Source: Raja brachyura
Lineage: Eukaryota
NCBI GenBank assembly: GCA_963514005.1
Contig: OY740791.1
Coordinates: 43,028,001-43,092,000 of the forward strand
Reading direction: 5' to 3'
DNA length: 64,000 bases
Part shown: piece after piece, positions 51,505 through 62,822 of the stretch
How positions within the stretch are numbered: position 1 is the first letter of the stretch
Layout: every line of letters starts with the position of its first letter
Notes under the pieces: model-generated
Database searches by the model: none
Told to the model about the DNA's origin: nothing
The model's input: the letters and a program-made list of their open reading frames with translations, nothing else
Position numbers and translations under genes: made by a program

Positions 51505-52598
51505 TAAAGAAGGAACTGCAGATGCTGGAGAATCGAGGGTACACAAAAGGCTGGAGAAACTCAGCGGGTGCAGCAGCACCTAAGGAGCGAAGGAGATAGG
51601 TGACGTTTCGGGTCGAGACCCTTCTTCAGACTGGTTAGGGATCAGGGAAATGAGAGATATAGACGGTGATGTGGAGAGATAAAGAACAATGAATGAAAGA
51701 TATGCAAAAAAGTATCAATGATAAAGGAAACAGGCCATTGTAAGCTGTTTGTAGTTTGAAAATGAGAAGCTAGTGCGACTTGGGTGGGGAGAGATAGAGA
51801 GAAGGAATGCCAGGGCCCGAGGGCTGAGGGAGAGGTTGGAGGGGGAGGAGACAGCCAGGGTTAACAGAATTGAGAAAATTCAATGTTTAAGCCCAGAGGA
51901 TGCAGACTCCCCAAGCGGAATATGAGGTGCTGTTCCTCCAACTTGCGGTGTTGCTCACTCTGGCCTTGGATGAGGCCCAGGACCGAGAGGTCGGATACGG
52001 AATGGGAGGGGGAGTTGAAGTCTGTGCCACCGGGAGGTCGGGTTGGTTATTGCGGACCGAGCGGAGGTGTTCGGCGAAACGATCGCCAAGCCTCCGTTTG
52101 GTCTCACCGATATAGATCAGTTGGCATCTGGAGCAACGGATGCAGTAGATGAGGTTGGAGTAGGTGCAGGTGAACCTCTGTTGGACCTGGAAGGACTGCT
52201 TGGGTCCCTGAAAGGAGTGGAGGGGGGAGGTGAAGGGACAAGTGTAGCATCTCTTGCGGTTGCAAGGGAAAGTGCCCGGGGAAGGGGTGGAGCGGGAGGG
52301 AAGGGAAGAATTGACAAGGGAGTTGCGGAGGGAGCGGTCTTTGTGGAAGGCAGACGGGGGGGAGATGGGAAGATGTGGCGAGTGGAGGGGTCACGTTGGA
52401 GGTGGCGAAACTGGCGGAGGACTATGTGTTGTATGTGCCGGCTGGTGGGGTGAAAGGTGAGGACCAGGGGACTGCCCTTGTTGTGAGTGGGGGAATGGGC
52501 AGAGAGGGCAGTGTTGCGGGGTATGGAGGAGACCCTGGTGCGAGCCTCATCTATAGTGGGGGAGGGGAATCCCCGTTCTCTGAAGAATGAGGACATTT
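51505..52598 (-). mobile_element. 5'-truncated Penelope-like element (GIY-YIG endonuclease plus 3' pseudo-LTR) in CD74 intron 3
   Basis: PLVLTFHP, then LIYCIRCSRCQLIYIGETKRRLGDRFAEH (GIY-YIG core at ~52100-52153) and RKLEEQHLIFRLG, followed by the terminal repeat with a hammerhead motif. Confidence 0.9.
51602..51629 (-). ncRNA. Minimal type I hammerhead ribozyme motif in Penelope pseudo-LTR
   Basis: CUGAAGA-A-GGGUC-UC-GACCC-GAAA-CG-UC: intact catalytic core, 5-bp stem II and a palindromic ACGU in place of stem III. Confidence 0.72.
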
Positions 52599-53116
52599 GT
52601 GATGTGGAGAGGATGTTTCCACTGGTGGGAGAGTCAAGGTCCAGAGGGTGGTGTAAAGCCCCAGAATAAAAGTATGTAGCTTTTGAATAGAGATGAGGAT
52701 GAATTTCTTTAGCCAGATGGTGGTGAATCTATGGAATTCATTGCGACGGTCGGCTAAGAAGGCCAAGTTGATGAAAAAAATTTTAGACAGAGATTGACGG
52801 ATCTTGTTTAGTACGGGTGTCAAAGGATATGGGTAGAAGACAGGAGAATAGGATTGGGAGGGAAAGATGGAACAGCCATGATTGAATGATTGAATTAAGC
52901 CAAGCCACAACTCGAATGGCCAAATTCTGTTTCAATGATTTATGGACATGGACATCTGCCACCTCCCCAGCCTTTGTGTCTTAGCTTCTGAATCCCGAAC
53001 CCTTGCTTTGTTTCGTTAAGACCTAATGAAGGGAACGGAGGAGGCCCAGGGCTGAAAGGTCGGTGTGGGAATGGGATGGGGAGTTAATATTCCATAATGT
53101 TTCGGTGAGAAGTCAC

Positions 53117-53199
53117 CTTTGGTGCGTCGACATCGGGGTTGATGTAGGAAATGGGCAGATCCATCATCATTGGTCTCAGGTGCATGATTGGCTTCGGTC
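53117..53199 (-). CDS. CD74: CD74 exon 3 (CLIP region PKPIMHLRPMMMDLPISYINPDVDAPK)
   Basis: Polypyrimidine tract plus CAG acceptor, AAG|GTGAC donor, 83 nt, phase 1-0. Met/Pro-rich peptide at the CLIP position. Confidence 0.9.
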
Positions 53200-54084
53200 C
53201 TGAAGGATAAAAAGATACAAGAAAAAATGGAGACACATGAAACTGTAGATGCTGCTTCACAACCCTCACCCCCCCCTCCCCCTTCCTCCCATCCCCCCTC
53301 CCCCGCTCTCTTCCCTGTTCACCAGAATGCTGCCTGCATTGGAGGGTTTCAGCTACAAGGAGAGGTTGGACAGACTTGGATTGTTTTCTCTCGAACGTCA
53401 AGATGCTTGGGAGAGACCTGATAGAAGTATATAAAACTATGAGAGGCATATATAGGGTCAGAACCTTTATCCCAGAGTGGAAATGTGCAAAACCAGATTC
53501 CACCGCTTTAAGGTGAGAGGGGGAAAGTTTAAAGGAGGTTCTACAGTACGATTTATGATTCTAAAGTTTGAAGGATTTTTTTTTTTACACAGAGGGTGGT
53601 GGGTGCCTGAGATGCGCTGTCAGGGGTGGCTAGTGGAGGCAGATATGATAGTGGTGTTTAAGAGGCTTTTAGATAGGCACATGGAAATGTAGGGAATGTA
53701 GGGATATGGATCACATGCAGGCAGAGGAGATTAGTTTAACTTGCCATCATGTTTGGCATGGACATTGTAGGCCGAAGGGCCTGTTCCTGTGCTGCACTAT
53801 TCTATGTCCTATTGCAGAGTAAACTATACCAGTGTATCTCATCTGAGCTGATGAAAACCAAAGTGCATCCTACTTCTAGCTCACTCTGGGGCTCCCCCTC
53901 AAGAGTGTGTGAGTTGAGGATTTAATTTAGCTCAGAGAGGGTTATGGGGAAATTCAGTGCAGGCGAATAAACAGAATGAGTAACAAACTGAGTGGGCCAA
54001 TGGTCTTTTTGAAATCCCCACACAACGCCAGCCCAATGGTGGCACAGTGGGTAGAGCTGCTGCCTCATGGTGCCAACAATCAAG

Positions 54085-54385
54085 TAATGGACCAATCGGT
54101 CAGGCAACCAATCAATAAATTAACAAATAAATTAATCAACTAATCGATCGGTCAATTAATCCCCAACCAATGAATTAATCACTTGCCCATTCAATCAACC
54201 AATGAATCATTTAATTAATTAATCAATCAGTCAATTAACCAGTCAACCAATCAAATGATCAATCAGTGAATCAATCAATCATCAAATCAACCAATCACCC
54301 AATTAAACGGATTGATCAATTAATCAGTCAATCAATCAAGCACCCAATTAATCATTTAATTACCCAATCAACCACCCAATCAGCT
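54085..54385. repeat. Degenerate (AATC)n / (AATT)n simple repeat
   Basis: Directly visible, ~50 bp into CD74 intron 2. Confidence 0.85.
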
Positions 54386-54434
54386 GATGACCATTGTAAG
54401 TGTCCAAGGGACCATTGCTGGCGGCTCTGCTTAC

Positions 54435-54613
54435 TGAATGGTCCACGGCTCGCCGAGTACTTGCTCTCGATACGTCTCGTGGTCTTCTGCAGCCCGTCTA
54501 TCTTGTCCTGTTGCTTCATCAGGAACATGATGCCGACCACCTGACCAGCGATGAGCATGGCCACCAGGATTGACACGCCGGCATAGAGCAGCCCTCGGCC
54601 CCAGCTCAGGCTC
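54435..54613 (-). CDS. CD74: CD74 exon 2 (type II transmembrane segment)
   Basis: Encodes RGLLYAGVSILVAMLIAGQVVGIMFLMKQQDKIDGL, which aligns with human [42 protein letters not shown] acceptor, A|GTAAG donor, 179 nt, phase 2-1. Confidence 0.96.
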
Positions 54614-54967
54614 CTGGAAGGCAGACAGTAATGGTGAGGAGGGGAGAGCACCTCAATGCTTCACTGGCCATGTACGACATCTGAGACGGTGTGTGAGTGG
54701 CCCCTGATCCACAGAGAGACACAACGTACAAACAGGCCCTTCGGCCCACCCAGTCACTATCACTCATTTACACTAACCCCATTGCAGTTCAGTTTATTGT
54801 CACGTGTAACGAGGTACAGTGAAAAGCTTTTGTTGCGTGCTATCCAGTCAGTGGAAAGACTGTACATGATTACAATCAAGCCGTCCGCAATGTACAGGTA
54901 CAAGTTAAAGGGAATAACGTTTAGAGCGAGATAAAGTCCACAACAAGTCTTTGGAGGGATTTGAGTA

Positions 54968-55090
54968 TGATTGGTGTTATTAGTGAGGTGCGACTTGCAG
55001 TGAATTTGTCCAGGAAGCTTCTCTGTAATTTACAAGGGACTTTCCAAAGGTCTGTGTCAATTAATTATTTATTGTAACAGGGTAATTCCC
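54968..55090. promoter_or_regulatory. Candidate CD74 intron-1 enhancer (kB sites, CCAAT)
   Basis: Perfect GGGACTTTCC at 55036-55045, kB-like GGGTAATTCCC at 55080-55090 and TGATTGG at 54968-54974, in non-repeat sequence. Confidence 0.4.
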
Positions 55091-58000
55091 TGGAAGTAAA
55101 ACTGGTGTTCAGGACTTCTGAAAACTTCCACTGGACGGCACAACAAATAACAATGAGCCGTGAATCCAATAAATGTCAGGATCTGTGTGTCTCTCTCTCT
55201 CTCTCTCTCATTCCCCTCCTTCCAAAGTCTCTCAGCTACTCTCCAGATTCTTACACATCACGCAAACAGGCCATTCAGCCCAACTCATCCATGCCGACCA
55301 AGATGCCCAATCTAAACTAGTCCCAACTCCCTTATCCGGGGATATGGATGGAAGATGAGTTAAATTGGTTAGCAATAGACATTAGGTGCAGGAGTAGGCC
55401 ATCCGGCCCTTCAAGCCAGCACCGCCATTCAATGTGATCATGGCTGATTATCCCCAATCAGTACCCTGTTCCTGCCAATATCCCCTGACGCTGCTATCTT
55501 TAAGAACCCTATCTAGCTCTTTCTTGATAGTATCCAGAGAACTGGCCTCTACCGCCCGCTGAGGCAGAGTATTCCACAGACTCACAACTCTCTGTGAGAA
55601 AATGTGTTTTCACATCTCTGTTCTAAATGGCTTGCCCGTTATTAATACCCCTTAGCAACCGGGAGATCCCGTAGGCCTTAGTGGTCGAGCGTAAATTGTT
55701 CAGATGTCTGGCATCGTTGGATTTATTGACTATCCCCAATTGTTCTTGTGTCTCGTGAGAGGTCTAGAGAAGTTAAGAGTCACCCACGATGGTGGGTGTA
55801 GGCTCAGGCAGGGTATGGAAGGCAGATTTCCTCCTCTGAGGGATGTTAGTGGACCTTCCAAGACAACTGTTTCCATCTCCTTCATACCATCTGCCCCCTC
55901 TCCTGCCTTTGTGCCTTAGCTTCTGAATTCCCATTCCATTGACTTAATGTGGGGAGACAGGTTGTGCGAGTGGAGGGGAGGAAGGGGGCCATGAATTACA
56001 GGGGTCAACCTTCCATCCTGACAAATCCATCGCTTGTGGGCAAGGACCAACAGTTTATTTCACTAGTCTCAAGAAGGGTCCTGACCCGAAACATCCCCTG
56101 TCCATTCCCCTCCACACCTTCCCTGGCCAGCAATGAACTATCAGGCACCACCCTGCCTGAGGTCATTAGTGGTCGTTCAAGCTTGGTCCTGGTCTTTCCT
56201 CGACTCCAGTCATCACCCCCCTCTCGACTTCACCCCCACCCCACTTTCAGTCTGAAGAAGAGTCGCAACCAGAAACGTCACCTATCCATGTTCTCCAGAG
56301 ATGCTGCCTGAGTTACTCCAGCACTATTTGTTTTGTTCAGGATTCCAGCATTTACAGTTGCATGAGTTTACAGAACATAGATTTGCGTCTCACCACTGAC
56401 CTCTGGTGGAGGTGGAGAGTGTCTACGGATCATGGTAGACACCAAAAGTAACATAGAAACATAGAAGGGTCTCGACCAGTCTGAAGAAGGGTCTCGACCC
56501 GAAACATCGCCTTTTCCTTCTCTTCATAGATGCTGCCTCACCCGCTGAGTTCCTCCAGTATTTTTGTCTACCTTCGATTTTTCCAGCATCTGCAGTTCTT
56601 TCTTAAACATAGAAAATAGGTGTAGGACTAGGCCATTCAGCCCTTCAAGCCAGCACCGCCATTTAATATGATCATGGCTGATCATCCAGAATCAGTTCCC
56701 CGTTCATGCTTTTTCCCCATATCCCTTGATTTCATTAGCCCTAAGAGCTATATCTAGCACTCTCTTGAAAACATCCAATGGATTGGCCTCCACTGCCTTC
56801 TGAGGCAGAGAATTCCACAGATTCACAACTCTCTGGGTGATAAATTTGTTCCTTATCTCAAGTCCTACCCCTTATTCTTAAACTGTGACCTGTGGTTCTG
56901 GACTTTTTTTCCTGCATCTAGCCTGTCCAATCCCTTAAGAATTTTATACAATAGACAATAGGTGCAGGAGTAGGCCATTCGGCCCTTCGAGCCAGCACCG
57001 CCATGCAATGGCTAAATTTTTTATGTTTCTATAAGATCCCCTCTCATCCTTCTAAATTCCAGTGAATATAAGCCCAGTGTACATAGAACAGTACAACACA
57101 GAAGTGGGCTCTTCGGCCCACAGTGTTGGTGTTGGCATGATGCCAAATGAGCAAGGGGAGAATGGCCAGGTGGATTTGCCAGTGTTTTCTGTTGGGGGTT
57201 TTCCATCCTTCTCTCCACCTCCTCCCCATCCTGCCCCCACCCACCCTTCCCAAGCCACAACAGTCTGTAGAAGGGTCCGAACCCAAAGTGTCACCTATCC
57301 AGGTTTTCCAGATCACTCCCTGATTAGCATCAAGAAAGTGGTGGAGAGACACACTCGTGAACTGCTGAAGTCCTTCTCTTGGTGAACTGTTGGTTTTTTG
57401 TTGACTCCTATGGTGTTGATGGAGAGGAATTTCCAGCATTTACACCTGGTGTGTGTCCAAGTCATGATGGTTTGTACCAAAGATGAATGCAAAGTGCTGG
57501 AGTAACACAGCAAGTTAGGCAACAAGTAACTCAGCGGGAAGAAGGGTCTCGACCCGAAACGTCGCCTATCTCCTTCGCTCCTTAGATGCTGCTGCACCCG
57601 CTGAGTTTCTCCAGCTTTTTGTGTAACCCTCGATTCTCCAGCATCTGCAGTTCCTTCTTTAACAAGTAACTCAGCGGAACAGGCAGCTTCTCTGGATAGA
57701 GGAATGGGTAGCGTTTCAGGTCGAGACCCTTTTTCGGTCTCGGCATTACCTTCCTACACATAACGGATGATGGTACATAGACTCACGTACCACAGAAACA
57801 GGACATTCGGCCCACCGTGTCCATGCTGGCCACTCATCTTTACTAACCTTACTTGCCAGTATTTTGCCTGAATCTTCCTAAACTATGGTATTTTATAAGA
57901 GCAGGAGCAGACTCAGGCCATTCAGTCCTACTCTGCCATTCAATCATGGCTGATCTATTTTTTCCTCTCAACCCTGTTCTCCTGCCTTCTTTTCATAACC

Positions 58001-59734
58001 TTTGACTCCATACTAAACAAGAGCCTATCAATCTCCTTAAAAGGACCAATGACCAGGCCTCCACCACCATCTCTAGCAATGAATGCCATGGATTCACCAA
58101 CCCCTGGCTAAAGAAATTCCTCCTTGTCTCCTTTCTAAAGGTACGTCCTTTTGTTCTGAGACTGTGCCATCTGGTCCTAGACTCTCCCACTAGTGGAAAC
58201 GTTTTTTTATTTCCCACGTCCATTCCCCACCCTAATTCCATCACCCTAATTCTAAGAACTCCCACTTGGTGAAAGAATGCCAGAGACTCTCAAATATCAA
58301 AGTGTTTTTATTGTGCGAAACCAGTTCTCCAACAGGAAATTCCCCACAACAGGAAATGTAAATCTTTCATGATTTATAATTAGTATAGATGGGACATCTT
58401 GGTCAGCTTAAATTCATACATTTAGAAGCTCTAGGAGCAGAATTAGGCCATTCGGCCCATCGTCTACTCCGCCATTCAATCATGGCTGATCTATCTTTCC
58501 CTCTCGACCCCATTCTCCTGCCTTCTCCCTGTAACCCCTGACAACCATTACTAGAATCTGTCAATCTCCACCTTAAAAATACCCAATGACTTGGCCTCCA
58601 CAACCGTCTGTGGCAAATAATTCCACAGATTCACCTTCCTCTGACTAAAGAAATTCCTCCTCATCTCCTTTCTAAAGGTACGTCCTTTTATTCTGAGGCT
58701 TTACCCTCTGGTCCTAGAATCTCCCACGAGTGGAAACATCCTCTTTGCATCCATTCTATCCAGGTATGGCCAAGTTGGGCCGAAGGGGCTGTTTTCATGC
58801 AGCATCACTATAATTCTATTACTCCAACGCAATGGCAGGAACATTGAATTCTCCAATTCTATGTAACACCCCCCCCGCCCCCGCCCCCCTTTGCAGTGCC
58901 ACTCTTCCACCCTGGTGTGCACCGATTTCTCCTACCATCCAGCCCCTCCATCCCATCCCCTCCGTCCCCTTCCACCCATATCCCTCCTTCCGGCTTTACA
59001 TTTCACCCCTCCCCATATCTCTTAATCTGACATCCTTTTGTCTCCTTTTCACCTCCTTTCTTTGGCAGAGGTCAATCCAGCCAATCAAAACCCCCTCACC
59101 TGTATCTACCTATTAGTTGCCAGGCCTTGTCCTCCCCCCACCTCTTTACCAACTCCATCAGTCTGAAGGAGGGTCCCGTCTGAAACAGTGTCTGTCTGTT
59201 CCCCTCCACAGATGCTGCCTGACCCGCTGAGTTCCTCATTTTACCACTTTCAGTTCAGTTCAGTTTAATTTAATGCGTGCTCACTGAATACCACCTGTGG
59301 CTCGGCAGAAATGGAGTTGGTTAGTTCATTGTCATGTGTACCGAGCTACAGTGAGTTCAGGAGTAGGCCATTCAGCCCTTCAAGACAGCACTGCCATTCA
59401 ATATGATCATGGCTGATCATCTAAAATCAGTACCCCATTCCTGCTTTTCCCCCATAATCCCTTGATTCCTTTATCCCTATGAGCTAAATCTGACGCTCTC
59501 TTGAATTTTAGATAACTAACTTTCAACAACCCCTCCTCCTGGACCCCTTCCACCTGTATTCCCTCCTCTGGCTTCATATTTTGCATTTCTTCTCTCCTTA
59601 TCTCCTTTATCTCGCAGCCTTTTGTAATCTTGGAGGCACAAGGAACTTCCGATGCTGGTTTACAAAATGAAGACACAAAGTGCTGGAGGAACTCGGCAAG
59701 TCAGAGGCACCATCTGTGGAGAACATGGACAGGC

Positions 59735-59762
59735 AACGTTTCGGGTCGGGACCCTTCTTCAG
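59735..59762 (-). ncRNA. Minimal hammerhead motif in CD74 intron 1, sense to the pre-mRNA
   Basis: Reverse complement reads CTGAAGAAGGGTCCCGACCCGAAACGTT. Confidence 0.6.
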
Positions 59763-61969
59763 ACACAAGGAAGATGTCTTCTTCCTACCTCTGTCCACCC
59801 ATTTGCCAATCAAACCCCTTTACCTGTATTCATCTGTCATTTGCCAGGCTTTGTCCCGCCCCCACCTCTCCCTACTTTCTCCCCCCAATCCCCATCAGTC
59901 TGAAGAAGGGTCCCGACCCGAAACATCACCTTTCTATGTTCTCCAAAGATGCCGCCTGACCTGCTGAGTTACTCCAGCACTTTGTGTTTTGCTCAAGATT
60001 CCAGCATCTGCAGTTCCCTGTGTCTACGAGACCAGCTGCAAGCTCTGGCATTCTCAGCCTTTACACGTTGCAGCTGCTTCCTCTTTAATTACGACCTGGT
60101 TCAAAACTCTCCCTCATCTCCGACTTCTGCCCGGCAACTGGTGAGTCAACAGTCAGCCAATTGTCTCTCTCCCTCTGAATGCCTTGGGTGCGGCTGGGCA
60201 GGAGACGTGGAACTATTGGAGATGGTTCGGTCATTGTCACGTGTACCAGGGTACAGTGAGTGACAGGTACTTGCGTGCTAACCAGTCGGCGGAAAGACTA
60301 TATATAATGGCAATCAAGCTGTCCACAGTGTACAGATACAGGATAAAGGGAATAATGTTTAGGGCAAGATAAAGTCCAGTTAAAGATAGTCCGAATGTCT
60401 CCAATGAGGTAGATGGGAAGTCAGGACTGTTCTCTGGTTGTCGATAGGACGGTTCAGTTGCCCGATAACAGCTAGGAAGGAATTGTCCCTGAATCTGGAG
60501 GTGTGTGTATTCACACTTCTGTACCTCTTGTCTGATGTGAGAGGGGAGAAGAGGGAGTGACTGGGGTGAGACTGGTCCTTGATTATGCTGGTGGCCTTGG
60601 AATCAATGGAAGGGAGGATTGTTTGTGTGATGGTCTGGGCTGCGTCCACAACTATCACTAACTAGAGAGCGGTCCTGACCTCCCATCCAGCTCACTAAAA
60701 CATGGCTGATCTCTGCCTCCTATTCCCATTTTCCTGCCTTCTCCCAATTACCCTTGACATCCATTCTAATCAGGAATTTGTCTATCTCCGCCTTAAATAT
60801 ATCTACTGACTTGGCCTCCACGGCCCTATGTGGCAATTCCACAGATTAACTACCCTCTGACTAAAGAAGTTTCTCCTCACCTCCTTTCTAAAAGAGTGAC
60901 CAGGAGTGACCTCTGGTCCGAGACTCTCCCACCAGTGGAAACATCCTTTCCACATCCATTCTATCTATGCCTGTCGGACTATCTTTAATCAGACTTTACT
61001 AGACTTTATCCTGCAATAAACATTATGCCCTTCATCCTGTATCTGTAGACTGTAGACGGCTCGATTGTAATCAGGTATAGCTTTTCCGCTGTCTGGTTCC
61101 CACGCAACAAAAGCTTTTCACTGTACCTCGGTACACGTAGCAACTAAACCTCAAACTTCCAGAATTTAAAAACATAAAGGATGACACAGCCACAGATTTC
61201 CTTCAGACAATTAATCAAAATCAGAAGGATCATTGGCCAATACAGCACAGTACAGCATAGGAACAGGCCCTTCGGCCCACAATATCTGTGCCGACCATGA
61301 TGCCAATCTCCGCGGCTACATCTGATATTTAGATTGCTTTGTCAGACTGAAACTCACACTTCCTATTTTGTGTTTTCCCCTGAAAGTTTACAATTTTAAC
61401 TCCCTGAATGTGACCCAAAACATCTCATGCATCAATGAACAGAAAGCAGAAGTCTGAAGTAGGGTCCCGACTCAAAACATCGCCTGTACATTCCCTCCGG
61501 AGACACAGAGACGCTGTTCCTCCAGCACTCAATAAACATGTTTCTATATTTGACCTTGGGTCGCTTGCACCCAGTGGTATGAACATTGAATTCTCCAAGT
61601 TTAGATAATCTCCAACAAGCCCCCTTCCCTTTCTTCACCACCCTAGATTCGCACCTATTTCTCCCCCCGCCCCCCCCTCTTCTTTCATCTACATTCCTTC
61701 CTCTAGCTTCACAATTTGCAACTCTTCAATCCTTCCTTCTGGTGGCCTTGCCGAGGCAGCGTGAAGTGTAGATGGAGTCAATGGAAGAGTTTTGGCCCGA
61801 AACGTCGCCTATCTCCTTCGCTCCTTAGATGCTGCTGCACCTGCTGAGTTTCTCCAGCCTTTTGTGTACCCTCAATGGAAGGGAGGTTGGTTTGTGTGAT
61901 GGTCTGGGATTCTAGCTTTCCACTGCACCTCGGTACTCGTGACAATAAACTGTGCTGGACAGTTGCGAT

Positions 61970-62467
61970 TAAGGTTTCCAACTGTCCCATATTAGCCGGG
62001 ACATCCCGTATATTGGGCTAGATTGGTTTGTCCCATACGGGACCGCCCTTGTCCCGTATTTGACTGCTACTACTTGGGTCGAGGGGACTGTCGGGCCAGA
62101 GCACCGCGTCCAGCCCCGCCTCACCCGTCCCGACATAGTGCAGCCCATGGAGTGCAGCAGCAGCGCCTCACCCATGGCACCCATCGGTCGGCAGCCCGGC
62201 CAGCTGTCCCACCTTCGGACCTCCGCTTACCACCGACACTACCACCCCCTCCTTCTCATGTCCGATCGTCGGTTCACGAGTTGGGTGGGGTGCTGGACTT
62301 TGCGCGCGGGCCAAAACTCCTCAGCTGACCCGCTGGCTGGGCTTTGTGTGCAGTCAACTCATCATTCACCCAGCCATGGCCGAGTCGGTCAACGAATTGC
62401 TGTCGGGAATTTGTTCCTTATTTGACCTTTTGTCCCTTATTTGGGAGTGAGAAATTTGTCAACCCTA
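61970..62467. mobile_element. hAT (Blackjack-like) MITE in CD74 intron 1
   Basis: Ends TAAGGTTTCCAAC and (reverse complement) TAGGGTTGACAAA, with subterminal TGTCCC motifs. 8-bp flanks GTTGCGAT / GTTGCCGT match at 6/8. Confidence 0.72.
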
Positions 62468-62562
62468 GTTGCCGTCCATCCTTGAGGCCCCAGAACCCGG
62501 GAATCATTGACCCGCTCCCCGGGAATGGGGAATGGGGAAAGTGACTTCTGTCAAGGCCTTAC

Positions 62563-62675
62563 CTGTGGACTGGCACTGCAGCAGGGGTACCCCCCCTCAC
62601 CTCCACATCCGAGTTGCTGGCTATATCCTGCTGAGAGTCTCGCAGCAAAGCGTTCTGCTGCTCGCTCGCTGACAT
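62563..62675 (-). CDS. CD74: CD74 exon 1 (cytoplasmic tail MSASEQQNALLRDSQQDIASNSDVEVRGGTPAAVPVH)
   Basis: GCC-ATG start at 62675 with an in-frame TGA 14 codons upstream. EQQNALL resembles the acidic-dileucine sorting signal. The AG|GTAAG donor is phase 2 and matches exon 2. Confidence 0.88.
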
Positions 62676-62763
62676 GGCTACGATGGACTTCACTGTCGAC
62701 TGAAGGGTGAGCTCTCAGTGAGATGTGTGTGCAGAGTGACTGCAGGGCAAGGCAGGCGGTACG

Positions 62764-62822
62764 TTTTAATCTCAACAAAGCCAAAAGGAGGAAGTTGGCT
62801 CTCCCGCAGCTTGGAAAGTCCC
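62764..62822 (-). promoter_or_regulatory. CD74 proximal promoter: NF-kB site, PU.1/ETS box, TATA-like element
   Basis: Perfect GGGACTTTCC (minus strand, 62813-62822), GAGGAAGT at 62788-62795 and ATTAAAA at 62764-62770, all within 150 bp of the ATG. Confidence 0.6.

Noticed and set aside
55648-55672. RFX X-box-like CTTAGCAAC in CD74 intron 1
   Set aside because: Part of a Penelope-derived fragment (same sequence at ~26712), with no properly spaced Y box.
62595-62600. Alternative exon 1 donor GAG|GTGAGG
   Set aside because: Phase 0 would frameshift exon 2. The phase-2 donor at 62562 fits.
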